Part shown: positions 54,301 to 63,787 of the stretch, piece after piece
How the letters are laid out: the number at the start of each line of letters is the position of its first letter
Position numbering within the stretch: the first letter of the stretch is position 1
Origin: Perna viridis
Taxonomy: Eukaryota
Assembly (NCBI GenBank): GCA_037379345.1
Contig: CM074522.1
Coordinates: 868,001 to 932,000, forward strand
DNA: 64,000 nucleotides
Reading direction: 5' to 3'
Program-made: the position numbers and the translations under genes
The notes under the pieces: generated by a model
Told to the model about the DNA's origin: nothing
Seen by the model: only the letters and a program-made list of their open reading frames with translations
Database searches by the model: none

Positions 54301-57300
54301 TTGAATGTCTTTTGATTGACATAGAGTTAAGTATGAAATGTGGATGGGTTCTTGATTTTGTACTTCATATTGACTTAAATTTGTATTTAATAAAAGATGT
54401 AGAGAAAGTGATCTATTGTTTAATACTTTTTCTCAAAATCTTCTCCAAAGAATATTTATATGAAATTGCAATCCTCAATCTGAATAACATAATATTTATA
54501 ATATAAATTACAGCATAACATTTTGAAGAAATAATGAAAAATTGACATGTAGAATATTTAATTTCAATTATTCTAATTTTTTTTATTTTTTGGTGAATAT
54601 TTTTAGGTGAGTGTACCTGTAGTAAGTATGGTACAATAGACAACACATGTCATCCTTCGACAAATCGCTGCAGGTGTAAGCCAGGAGTGGGTGGAGCCAA
54701 ATGTGATGCATGTCTTCCAGGATATTGGAATCTGATCAGCGGAAATGGATGTTCATGTGAGTATTTCAAAGTCCTCTTTCATTTTTTTTTTGTTTTTTTG
54801 TTTTATTTTTTTATTTTTTTTTTGTTTTTTTTTGCTAATCTATCTGATATACATTATGTTTACCATTTGAGGCTATAAAATGACCCATTGACACAATCAT
54901 TAGTGAAATAGGAGCTGCATTATGAACAGTTTTTTCTTTGTTCATTAATATAAGTGTTGTGTGAGACAAAACAAACCAGTAATAAGACTTATTTGTGTAA
55001 TTTGGACAAGGAGTAAAGTTTTGTAACTGTGAAGTAATATTGTAAAAATGATGGCATGTTTCTTTATATTAAAAAAAAGGTGTCACCTTTAAGATTTCCA
55101 GACTTGATATTTTACTTGGATATAAACAAAATATGAAATATGAATTATGTATTTGTGAATTTACAACAAAAGCAGAATTGAGAAATCTTATTATCAAGAT
55201 TGAGACAGCTGAATGTATTCCGCCTCGTAGCCAGACAGGTACAGACAGATAGATAACCATCTATGGGCCTCAATCAAAAAACATTTGAAGTTCACTTTTA
55301 TTTGATGAATGCACATAGTGTGTGGTAAAAAGCTGAAAATATACAAAAAAGGATTTTCCTAAATAATTGTCCAATCAAAATTATCATACATTCAAAATAT
55401 CTAAGATATTTATCAGAATCAAAATACAGATAACAAACAATACATCACACAATATTTTAAAAGTGTTATGAAATAAACTTGAATTATCTCCCTTTATGAT
55501 GCAGGGGTAAGATCAATTTTTCAAGCAGGAAAGTCTCCCCCTCAAAGTATCTCAAAATATCTCAAAACTGGTGAAGGGAATGTGGGATGCATAAATAATT
55601 ATGATATATCATATTTTACGTCACAATATCATCAATACTGCAAGTGGAATGAAAACAACTCAAAATACCTATCATAAACTATAAAGGCATGGCTTATCTA
55701 GGCAAAATGTAAGAAAACAACATGTGTGCCAATTGTGTAAAAAATATCATTAATTTCTCTTTTCCCATCAAAAATATGTATGCAACTATAAAATGTAAGC
55801 ATTAAAGATAATAATAAGACTTACATAGTGGTCTGTCATGAAAAGATTGACTCAAAAAATCTCGATGGAAAACGCATTGGTTCAATGCTCTGACTTATGT
55901 GGTTCACATGTAATCTCAAACCCGGAAACAGAAAATGACTCAAAAATGAAAGTAAAAGTACAATATCCAAAATAGAAATCAAGCGTACCGTAGGGTCATG
56001 AAATAGGACATAGAAATAGGTTAATTATTAGAACATCTAAATATATCAAATGTTAGATATAACCAATGAAAATATAACTAAACAATACCTATTGGGACAA
56101 GGGAAAAATATCAAAATTGTAATTGAGAACATTACACTCCCCGTCTGATATGAAAATATTACTACTTAAAATTGAATGCAAAGACACAAAGAAAAATCCC
56201 AAACATATAGTTTACCTAACTATAGTTAATCATAAAAAAAATCAAAAACCATAATACAACAAATGTAAAAAATAAAGTCCATGATTCACAGTTCTCACAA
56301 AGTTCACACCTCATTATGGCTTAAAAGAATAGTTTGTGTGATAGGTCTCACATACACACGAGGTTGACCATCTTTTATTGTCCTTAACAAAACTTTTCGA
56401 ACGTGACTGTCTTTACTTGGAAACACATGCTCGACAATAGCAAGAGGCCAAAAGTTTCTATGTTGTTCATTGTCTTTTAGAATCACAATGTCACCTTCTT
56501 TTATATCGATTTGAGTCTGTTGCCACTTCCTTCTAAGTTGTAATGTTTGCAAATATTGTCGTTGCCACCGAGTCCAAAATTGGTCTGCCATAATTTGAAC
56601 TAGTTTCCACTGTGAAGTATACACATCTCGGATGTTCAGATTGCTAAAGTTTTCAACACATGCATCTGTTTTAGTAGTTAATAGAGAATTAGGTGACAAA
56701 ACATCAGGAAATCCTGCATCAGTTGAAATAGGAATCAACGGACGAGAGTTCATTATGGCTGTTGTCTCTGCCATAAATGTACTTAGAACCTCATGTGTTA
56801 GCTTCTTGTGTTTATTTTCATACAAGATTGAATCAATGATGCGACGTGCTATTCCAATGAGTCTTTCCCAGGAGCCACCCATGTGAGACAAATATGGTGT
56901 GTTCAACCTCCAAACAGTACCTTGATTGTTGAGAAAGGTCTGAACTTCTTTGTCTTCTACACATATTGTAGGGATACCAAGTTCTTTGGCGCCTCCAACA
57001 AAATTTGACCCTCTATCTGAAAAGATTTGTTTCACTTTGCTTCTAATTGAAATGAAACGTCTCAATGCGTTGATAAAGCATGAGGTACTCATATCCTCAA
57101 TGACTTCTATATGAACTGCTCTACTAGAGAGACAACAAAACAAAACAGCCCATCGTTTTGAATTTGAACTGCCACCTCTTGTACGGCGCGTAACTACCTC
57201 CCAAGGTCCAAAACAGTCTATTCCAACATAAGTAAAAGGTGGACAAATTGCCAATCTTGCTTCTGGTAGATCTGACATCTTTTGAATTTTAACTTTGCCT

Positions 57301-60300
57301 CGAAATCTTTTGCACAAAACACATTTTGAAATTTCTGAATATACTATTCGTTTTGCTCCAATAATCCAAAATCCTTCACTTCTGATTTTACCTTCAGTTA
57401 AATGTCGACCTTGATGTCGAATGAGTTCATGACAATGTGAAGCAATAAGTTTGGCTATATAATGTGAACCCAGAACAAGGATAGGGTGTTTCTCTATAAC
57501 GGAGAGAGTTGAATATTTGAGTCTACCACCTACACAAAGAATTCCATGATCATTGAAGAATGGGTCAAGCTTAAGTATGGAACTAGATTTGTGAACAGGT
57601 CTGTTAAGCTTCAAATTCTCAATTTCCTTTTCATACAATTCATTCTGAACTTGTTTGAGAATGAACATTTCTGTTTGTTTCCTAAAATTTGGATCGTTTT
57701 TACTTACAACAACTTTTTGACCATTCCGTTTTGATTTCCATAATTGTATGAACTGTCTCAGATGTGATATTGCGCGTACAAGCGATTTCCATGAAGAAAA
57801 CTTGGAAAAACGATGACTTCCAATTGCTAAGTTTTGTATACTGACTTTCAACGCAACTACTTCCGGACGGATATCTTTATCCTGATTTGGTTCAATTAAG
57901 GGATAGGTTTCTGTTTGTGAATCACTACAGTTTTCAGAGAGTAACCATGCAGGACCTTTAGTCCATCTTTCAACGAGAGTCAATTTTGCTGTGTTTGAAA
58001 ATCTTGTACCGATATCAGCGGTGTTCTTTTCTGATGCAACATAGGACCATTGTGACGGTTTTGAGACTTTATGTATTTTTTCAACACGATTTGAAACATA
58101 AGTGAAGAATCTTCGAGTTGTATTGCAAATATAACCTAAAGTTATTTGACTATCTGTGTAGTAGTGAAATACATCATGAGATAGATTCATATGATCACAA
58201 ATAGCTTCTCCTAGCTCAGTAGCAAGTACAGCACTACATAGTTCCAATCTGGGTATTGTGTGACCCTTTACTGGTGCAAGTTTTGACTTTCCCATAATGA
58301 AACCTAAAAAGCAGTACTATCATTGTCAATTGCTTTCAGATAGACAACTGCAGATATTGCTTGTTCACTCGCATCACAAAAGATGTGGATTTCAGGATTG
58401 TGTACAGACGATATTGAAATAGGAACGATCATGCGTGGGATTTTAAAGCTATCTAACGATTTAAGTGATGCAAGCCACAAGTTCCATTTTTCCTCATGAT
58501 CAGGACTTAGAGGTTCATCCCAATCAGTGCCAGGGGGAATAACTTGACGGAGGAGAATCTTTCCACTAATAGTAACAGGTGCAATGAAACCTAATGGATC
58601 AAACAAACTATTGTTTGTTGATAGCATGCTTCGACGGGTAGCTGGTCTGTCAGTGATATGGTGTTGAAACACAAAACTGTCAGATTGAAGGTTCCAAGAT
58701 AGTCCTAAACTTTGATGAATAGGTAACATGTCAAGACACAGATCTAGATTTTTAAGCTCTTTACCAAGATCATCATTTGGGAAGGCTTTCATAACTTCTA
58801 CACTGTTAGATACGATTTTATGAAATCGGATGTGTCCATTTTGCTTCAATCCGTCCTGCGTTCTTTTCACAAGATCAATTGCGTATTTGGCATTTTTAAC
58901 AGAGGTTAGACCGTCATCAACATAAAAATCATTCGAAACAAAGTTTTTGACGTCATTCTCAGAATTGGAAGTGGCAAGTCGTAAACCATAAGTTGCTATA
59001 GCAGGAGAAGGTGTATTGCCAAATACATGAGACATCATTCGGTACTCAATGAGTGGTTGATTGAAATCATTGTTCTGGTACCAAAAGAATCTCAAATAGT
59101 CTGTATGATTCTCTATTACACGGAAACGGTAAAACATTTGTTCAATATCGCCAGTTATGGCTACTTCATTCAAACGAAAATGCGAAAGAATACCAATCAA
59201 GCTATTGGTAAGATCAGGTCCAGTCATTAAAAGACTGTTTAGTGATACACCCTCATAAACAGCTGATGAATCAAATACACCTCGGATTTCATTCGGTTTC
59301 TTTGGGTGGTACACCCCAAATAAAGGAAGATACCAACATTCTCCAGCAAAGGTAGTTGGTGCTGTTTCTGCTGCACCGCTCTTTAATACTTTATCCATAA
59401 AGGTCATGAACTGATCACGCTTCAAAGGATTTTTATGCAAGTTTCTATTAAGTATCAGTGCTCTTTTGTGGGCTTGTTGGCGATTGTTAGGTACAGGTGG
59501 TTTAGGTTGTTTGAACGGTAGTGGTGCTGTCCAGAAACCTGTTTCATCCTTAACAAGACTACTTTTCATCAGAGAAACAAATTGCTTATCTTCTACAGAA
59601 AGATCAATTTTGTTGTCATGTGGAGTTTTTGCAAATATTTCATCCTGAATATCAAGTTTAGGTTGACTGATTTCAAAGTTGTACTCACATAGTGGAAATG
59701 TTGTATGCCTACCATTGCTGAGAACATTTGTCTTACGAACATTAATAGAAGATGGTGCATGTACCTTACCAAGACAGACTTCTCCAATGACAACCCAACC
59801 AAGTGGGAGTTTCTGTGCAAAAGGTTGACCTTTACCTCCAAGGATTTGATCTTGAACATGGTGGATCTCAGGAATGTCACGCCCTATAAGAAGTTCAACT
59901 TTGACATTAGTATCTAGTTCAGGAAAGTATTGAGCTATTCTACTGAGATGTGAGTGTGCTGAGGCAACGTCAGTTGTTGCTATTTCAGGTAAGTCATTAG
60001 GAATACATTCACATTCAATTACGTCAGGTAGATCAAAAGAGCATTTGTTGCCTACTGAATTGACAACTAACCCGTTGACAAGCCTACCAGTTAAGGTGGA
60101 TTTACCGGAACATGAAGACATATTAAATGTTTCTGATGTACCTACAACACCAAGTTTATCTAATAGATTAGGCGACGCAAGAGATTTATTGCTCTGGTCA
60201 TCTATGGCAGCGTATACTCTAACAGAGTTTTCGGGTGCGGTAACGCAATAAACATCTACGAGAACCGTTTTTCCACATGAACGTCCACCAAGAAGATTTC

Positions 60301-63300
60301 CGCATAATGTAGTACATTTTGTAGAAACAATGTCTTTGACTGACTCCCCGCCATGATTGTTTGAAGTTTCATTGTGTGAATTCAATGACTTATCTATATG
60401 CAGTGCAGTGGGGTGACGTGTATTTCCACAAATTTGACATTTAACAGAAATCGTACAGTTTACAGCTACATGTTCACTCGATTGGCAGCATTTGAAGCAA
60501 ATGTTCTTTTCACGAAGAAATTTCTTACGGTCTTGAAAGGTAAGCTTTCTAAAGCTGTGACAATCATTTAAAGAATGACCCCCTTTATGTAATGGACAGC
60601 GTACTAAACTACTTGAGGTAACGTCTAATCTTCTAGAAACAACAGAAGTACGAGGTTTGGTAGTGCCTACTTGATTAGTGCTGGTGTATGCAAAAGCTGG
60701 ATCATTTCAAATATTACAGGTATCTCTAATGAAGCTGACAAAAACACTGAACGGAGGGAATATAACAGAATGTGATTTTTTGTAAGCTGAAGCAACAGTT
60801 GTCCATTTCTCTTGCAAAAAGTGTGGCAGTTTAGAAATAATAGGAATAACACCAGATGATGAGTAGCGTATTGTGGATTTAACATCGCTGATTCTATCTC
60901 CGTAAGAATGTCTAACAAATCATAGAGTTTTACATGTTCTTTAACAGTGATTGACGGAAACGAGTTAAGCTTTCGTTTTAGGGCACTTTCTATCATTTCG
61001 GGTCTTCCGTATTGTTCAAACAAACGTTCATAAATTCGCTGAAGTCCTTTAACAGGATCATGAGCATTGGCAACACGGATACTTGATGCGAATTTCGAAG
61101 ATTCAGACCCTAACCACTTTACAAGAAGATCTATTTCTTCAAACGCCTAATTCTCGGGTAATACTTTGAAATGAAGCTCGCCAAGATTCATATGACTCAG
61201 GTTTATCGTCAAATTTCACAAATCTCGACAGCAGAAAGTCTTTTCTGAAAATAAGTTTCGAAATATCGGACATGGCATTATTTGTAGTCTAACTTTGTGG
61301 TATTTGACTGTTTTGTACGCTATTCAAGAATGGCAACTGTTTCTGTTGAGAATCCATTTCTACAGTGTTTGTTTTTGGTAACTTGAGATTTTGCACATAT
61401 TCATACGTGTCTTTTTGTTTTGTATCACCAAGATTGGAGAATACATCTTTTTGTTCCTCATCACCTTGTTCTAGAATGCGTGCTTCTGTTTCGGCTGCTG
61501 CTACTTTACTTTCCTGTTTTATTACAATGATATCTGCCTCTAAGGCTGCTTTTTGCTTCAAGAGTTCGCTTTCTTTTTTAATGTATTCTAAGCGTACCTT
61601 TTCGGATTCAGCCCTTGCTCTTTTATGACTTGCTGTAGTACCCGAGGATGATCCACTAATTTCTGACATTCTCTCTACCATATCTAACTTCTTATTCTTG
61701 ATTTCTAAAATTACTTTTCGAAAAGTTTCATTACATCTTTGAAAATTGTCATTATGATCAACCAAATACTGCTGAGATTCACTAGTGTTTGCTCTTTGAA
61801 GGAAACCTTTATATTCCTCTGATCTTCTACAAAAGTTTTTGTACAATGTTTCAAGATCTTTTTGAAATTGTCTTATATTGTCTATTGCATCTAATGATGG
61901 CACTTTCAGAATCAAATTTTCAATTTTGTTCCATAAACTGTCACATTTACCTTCAAAGTCTTCTCTCTGTTCTTCGAACATGGCTTTACCTTTGGCCGTT
62001 TTTCTGCGTAGTCTCTTCTCTGACATAAATCCGGTATCTTTTTACTATTCCGCCTCGTAGCCAGACAGGTACAGACAGATAGATAACCATCTATGGGCCT
62101 CAATCAAAAAACATTTGAAGTTCACTTTTATTTGATGAATGCACATAGTGTGTGGTAAAAAGCTGAAAATATACAAAAAAGGATTTTCCTAAATAATTGT
62201 CCAATCAAAATTATCATACATTCAAAATATCAAAGATATTTATCAGAATCAAAATACAGATAACAAATAATACATCACACAATATTTTAAAGAAAAGTGT
62301 TATGAAATAAACTTGAATTATCTCCCTTTATGATGCAGGGGTAAGATCAATTTTTCAAACAGGAAAGTCTCCCCCTCAAAGTATCTCAAAATATCTCAAA
62401 ACTGGTGAAGGGAATGTGGGATGCATAAATAATTATGATATATCATATTTTACGTCACAATATCATTAATACTGCAAGTGGAATGAAAACAACTCAAAAT
62501 ACCTATCATAAACTATAAAGGCATGGCTTATCTAGGCAAAATGTAAGAAAACAACATGTGTGCCAATTGTGTAAAAAATATCATTAATTTCTCTTTTCTT
62601 ATCAAAAATATGTATGCAACTATAAAATGTAAGCATTAAAGATAATAATAAGACTTACATAGTGGTCTGTCATGAAAAGATTGACTCAAAAAATCTCGAT
62701 GGAAAACGCATTGGTTCAATGGTCTGACTTATGTGGTTCACATGTAATCTCAAACCCGGAAACAGAAAATGACTCAAAAATGAAAGTAAAAGTACAATAT
62801 CCAAAATAGAAATCAAGCGTACCCTAGGGTCATGAAATAGGACATAGGAATAGATTAATTATTAGAACATCTAAATATATCAAATGTTAGATATAACCAA
62901 TGAAAATATAACTAAACAATACCTATTGGGACAAGGGAAAAATATCAAAATTGTAATTGAGAACATTACAGAATGGACCAGTCAGGAGATATTAAAATAT
63001 TTGTATTCAGATTAGAGTCTTGACATGGAGATGATGTTTTTCCTGTGACATTTCTTTTTTTTTGAAAAACAGTTCAGCTTTTTTTATTTTTCTTTAATAC
63101 TTCCAGTATGTGACTGTAACCAACATGGGACACAGAGTCGCCGTATTGATTGTGACCAGATGACAGGACAGTGTTTATGTAGGGAGGGTGTTACGGGACC
63201 CAAATGTGATCGGTGCTTTAATGGCATGCCTGTTGGTGTAAATGGATGTAATTTTGGTAAGAGAAAAAAAAAAAATCATTGCCTTCAGCCTGCTAATTGA

Positions 63301-63787
63301 AATCAAGGCCTGTAATTTAAGGCTATTGTTTTTTAAGTACAGTTAACAGTTTTATAATATATCACAGCAAACACCTCTTGCTGATCTTCAAATTTAATTG
63401 TTTTTTTAGCTCTTAGAGCACATTTAGTCTTTGCCAGAAACTTATGTTGTGTCAAAAATTGAATCAAAATAAAAATTCAGAGGTGAAACAAGCTACAATA
63501 AAGAACTGATAGTCCTACCAGTCTAGCCCCTTTAATTTCTCTATTTCCAGGAATATTTATTCGAGGGACCTGTAAGGAGTTGACATGTGGTTTTGGTGCT
63601 GTCTGTGAGGAGATGGGTGGCAGAGCATACTGTAACTGTAGTAACCTCCCTTGTTTACCGAGGGATCATCAGAACTCTGCCGTGGTCTGTGGCAGTGACA
63701 AGAGAACGTATGACTCAGAGTGTGCCCTGAACAGAGCCTCCTGTGAACAGCAGAAGAATTTATACATGCACTATATTGGTCCTTGTG
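24007..63787 (+). CDS. AGRN: Agrin (heparan sulfate proteoglycan), multi-exon, 3' incomplete; 16 exons, 873 codons in window
   Basis: Exons 24007-24340, 29077-29292, 38962-39174, 39425-39537, 41152-41254, 41590-41681, 42486-42621, 44596-44799, 46082-46258, 49071-49212, 49988-50100, 53011-53148, 53533-53634, 54607-54756, 63107-63256, 63551-63787 join with GT-AG introns and matching phases into one stop-free frame. The order FS x6, Kazal, SGSG, FS, Cys-rich, HGCC motif, 2 laminin-EGF (CDQMTGQC), FS is the agrin architecture. Confidence 0.93.
24530..25093. repeat. 30-bp minisatellite, about 18 copies
   Basis: Unit ttcacttaaacaaaggagttatggcccatt. Confidence 0.88.
27380..28655. repeat. 21-bp minisatellite, about 60 copies, with a 332-bp higher-order duplication
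   Basis: Unit aatctatccactcctctggga; blocks at 27751 and 28083 are near-identical. Confidence 0.93.
28820..29000 (+). mobile_element. Old, diverged relative of the Penelope-like 3' tail
   Basis: agtttttggtggagtccaggttgctc...ttagttacttta...gtccttggatta resembles 37213-37335. Confidence 0.45.
29077..29292 (+). CDS. AGRN: Agrin exon: follistatin domain 2
   Basis: T-tract AG acceptor, GTattt donor, phase 1-1; DPCADYICPYPQTC...VCGTNGHTYSNKC...HAGRCK. Confidence 0.92.
31068..31897. mobile_element. pogo/Tigger-like MITE containing a 54-bp tandem array
   Basis: TA|CAGTGAAACCT left end and degenerate AGGTTTCCAGTG|TA right end. Confidence 0.5.
31073..31746. repeat. 54-bp minisatellite with a 261-bp higher-order duplication
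   Basis: Unit aaacctaccttaactgtccgacaactcctttaggacggatgatttgtctggtta; 31080 aligns to 31341. Confidence 0.93.
32245..33215. repeat. 37-bp minisatellite, about 25 copies
   Basis: Unit catattgcatggtgccacaattatatcgtaatgatgc. Confidence 0.93.
33503..33555 (+). mobile_element. Minimal Helentron-like element (ends only)
   Basis: TTTTTAGCTCA joined almost directly to CAGGTGAGCGATTCAGGCTTCTGGGAGCCTCTTGTTT. Confidence 0.65.
34662..34869. repeat. 30-bp minisatellite, 7 copies
   Basis: Unit ggcatacatgtggcatcaacacattatctt. Confidence 0.95.
35017..35154. mobile_element. Small hAT-like MITE
   Basis: AGTGGTGGATCCA ... TGGATCTGCCACT inverted ends. Confidence 0.45.
35982..36430. repeat. Degenerate minisatellite of about 45 bp built from cagt/gtca
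   Basis: Recurrent cagtcatctcagtcaccagactgctgtcaggggtcagtcagtaat. Confidence 0.75.
36571..37379 (+). mobile_element. Penelope-like retroelement RT fragment with 3' UTR
   Basis: FLIDNMFVECGGRVFQQTLAIPMGTNCAPL, YIDDVLSLNN, SASYLDLYL, ISQLMHYARAC, with frameshifts. The last 250 bp match the inverted copies at 11047 and 21544. Confidence 0.85.
38962..39174 (+). CDS. AGRN: Agrin exon: follistatin domain 3
   Basis: tttcAG acceptor, GTaaga donor, phase 1-1; NPCKIMKCGYGEEC...VCGTDDRTYENEC...HRGAC. Confidence 0.93.
39425..39537 (+). CDS. AGRN: Agrin exon: N-half of follistatin domain 4
   Basis: ctttgcAG acceptor, GTaagt donor, phase 1-0; GDHCKRRCTHGRRCVINRNGQEECVCPHQCQEQYFEP. Confidence 0.9.
39667..39903 (+). 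mobile_element. Short Helentron-like element
   Basis: TTTTTGTCCCCAC start, gtct microsatellite, inverted GTGGGGATA, hairpin GCTAC-ct-GTAGC and CTTGTTT end. Confidence 0.5.
40137..41073. mobile_element. TA-flanked MITE containing a 33-bp tandem array
   Basis: TACAGTACCTGAA ... TTAAGGGACTGTA; the right end matches window positions 22-59. Confidence 0.65.
40545..41042. repeat. 33-bp minisatellite with a 66-bp dimer
   Basis: Unit tcattcaatcattggtcattgatctgtcagtaa. Confidence 0.9.
41152..41254 (+). CDS. AGRN: Agrin exon: Kazal half of follistatin domain 4
   Basis: tttcAG acceptor, GTatgt donor, phase 0-1; VCGSDGRSYRNLCKLKEHICQEMADIVKEHDGLC. Confidence 0.9.
41590..41681 (+). CDS. AGRN: Agrin exon: N-half of follistatin domain 5
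   Basis: T-tract cAG acceptor, GTaagt donor, phase 1-0; GCGKQETCEHYSFCDRTGDRAKCICPTCDT. Confidence 0.9.
41674..41955. repeat. Degenerate 26-bp repeat starting across an exon/intron junction
   Basis: gtgacactgtaagttttgtcctttat, gtgacattgttgattatgtcattact, atgacactgtaattgttgtcttttat, gtgacactttcaattatgtcaatact and further decayed units. Confidence 0.7.
42146..42430. mobile_element. Fold-back MITE
   Basis: taacatgaaaaattgcaacatatgttttc is inverted against gaaaaacatatgtttcaatttttcttgtgtta. Confidence 0.55.
42486..42621 (+). CDS. AGRN: Agrin exon: Kazal half of follistatin domain 5
   Basis: ttgcAG acceptor, GTatga donor, phase 0-1; STGPKVCGLDGKTYDNECRLRVASCMNAAFIAVAHIGECEKDPYN. Confidence 0.9.
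42878..43265 (+). mobile_element. Second Helentron-like family fragment
   Basis: T-run start, gtcc microsatellite, then two cores of about 160 bp (aataactcaaaaac...tttgatgaattgttcat). Confidence 0.5.
43474..44300 (+). mobile_element. Helentron-like non-autonomous element
   Basis: 5' TTTTTAGCTCACCTGG, internal core repeats, 3' sub-terminal inverted repeat AGGTGAG, hairpin AGGCTC-ttgg-GAGCCT and a T-run. Confidence 0.75.
44596..44799 (+). CDS. AGRN: Agrin exon: follistatin domain 6 (3' end ambiguous, six in-frame donors)
   Basis: ttcttacAG acceptor, phase 1-1; VICKGKQCRFGQIC...ICGSNRKTYRNKC...HYGSCGQ. First GT at 44800, then every 24 nt to 44920. Confidence 0.88.
44782..44926 (+). repeat. 24-bp repeat spanning a splice donor, 6 copies
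   Basis: Unit atggatcatgtgggcaaggtattg. Confidence 0.92.
46082..46258 (+). CDS. AGRN: Agrin exon: Kazal-only unit 7 and start of Ser-Gly GAG site
   Basis: CAGTAG tandem acceptor (start 46082 or 46085), GTatga donor; DCDSQITC...VCASDGKTYRNEC...DYCDGGSGSGSGG. Confidence 0.9.
46990..47768 (+). mobile_element. Helentron-like non-autonomous element, rearranged
   Basis: Same family core; ends CAGGTGAGTGATGCAAGCTCCTGGGAGCTCTTGTTT; unrelated insert at about 47195-47345. Confidence 0.7.
47790..48851 (+). mobile_element. Helentron-like non-autonomous element with three core repeats
   Basis: TTTTTAGCTCACCTGG start; cores near 47870, 48190 and 48410; ends CAGGTGAACGATTCAGGCCTGGGAGCCTCTTGTTT. Confidence 0.78.
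49071..49212 (+). CDS. AGRN: Agrin exon: Ser-Gly/acidic segment and N-half of follistatin domain 8
   Basis: tAG acceptor, GTgagt donor, phase 1-2; GSGSGDFDFGDEPFICDEEVNCKFGGKC...CDCNRNCKAV. Confidence 0.9.
49988..50100 (+). CDS. AGRN: Agrin exon: Kazal half of follistatin domain 8
   Basis: tttttAG acceptor, GTaaga donor, phase 2-1; RQTVCGSDKKTYGNLCQMEEEACLQQREIKQIEIDNCN. Confidence 0.9.
50110..50168. repeat. 18-bp perfect repeat x3 (9-bp subunits)
   Basis: tagtcatcttagtcatca, beginning 10 nt into the intron. Confidence 0.85.
51948..52185 (-). mobile_element. Short GC-rich retroposed insertion with 8-bp TSD
   Basis: AATTATGA direct repeat at 51940-51947 and 52186-52193; minus-strand tail GTCGTTAAAACCCCTAATCA. 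Confidence 0.6.
53011..53148 (+). CDS. AGRN: Agrin exon: small 6-Cys module (lustrin/WR1-like)
   Basis: ttttttaAG acceptor, GTgagt donor, phase 1-1; MEELACDGLPPLIDPVTSKDYSCKMENHCPERSYCHLSFNKCCKE. Confidence 0.85.
53533..53634 (+). CDS. AGRN: Agrin exon: C..S.HGCC...A.G...GC module preceding laminin-EGF
   Basis: ctAG acceptor (the only phase-compatible one nearby), GTaaga donor; DFQNSPSEGCHSSKHGCCSNGVSMATGPNFEGCN. Confidence 0.82.
54607..54756 (+). CDS. AGRN: Agrin exon: laminin-type EGF repeat 1
   Basis: tttttAG acceptor, GTgagt donor, phase 1-1; ECTCSKYGTIDNTCHPSTNRCRCKPGVGGAKCDACLPGYWNLISGNGCS. Confidence 0.93.
55216..56136 (-). repeat. 3' LTR (921 bp)
   Basis: Direct repeat of 62046-62970; adjacent to the polypurine tract at 56137-56146. 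Confidence 0.95.
56304..62026 (-). pseudogene. Disrupted Bel/Pao gag-pol polyprotein
   Basis: Coiled-coil gag N-terminus; three Cys/His knuckles near 60410-60600 (CPLHKGGHSLNDC, CFKCCQSSEH, CQICGNTRH); protease AIDDQS; RT YVDD; RNase H IFCDASE; integrase GIDCFGP, SDRGSNF, GGSWERLIG. Broken by stops and frameshifts near 61290, 60710 (TGA) and 58300. Confidence 0.93.
62046..62970 (-). repeat. 5' LTR (925 bp)
   Basis: Direct repeat of 55216-56136 with about 10 substitutions and one 4-bp indel by eye; minus-strand ends TGTAAT...GGAATA. Confidence 0.95.
63107..63256 (+). CDS. AGRN: Agrin exon: laminin-type EGF repeat 2
   Basis: ttccAG acceptor, GTaaga donor, phase 1-1; CDCNQHGTQSRRIDCDQMTGQCLCREGVTGPKCDRCFNG. 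Confidence 0.93.
63551..63787 (+). CDS. AGRN: Agrin exon: follistatin domain 9
   Basis: tttccAG acceptor, GTatgt donor, phase 1-1; TCKELTCGFGAVC...VCGSDKRTYDSECALNRASC...YIGPC. Confidence 0.92.

Larger units (their letters stand above)
55216..62970 (-). mobile_element. Full-length Bel/Pao LTR retrotransposon (7755 bp), antisense within an agrin intron
   Basis: Two near-identical LTRs, 5-bp TSD GAATG (55211-55215 and 62971-62975), polypurine tract AGACGGGGAG beside the 3' LTR, and gag-PR-RT-RH-IN order with Bel/Pao motifs. Confidence 0.96.

Noticed and set aside
55214-55215. Canonical TG...CA reading of the 3' LTR starting at 55214
   Set aside because: It leaves only a 3-bp TSD and needs a separate 2-bp loss in the other LTR. 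The 55216 boundary gives matching LTR ends and a 5-bp TSD.
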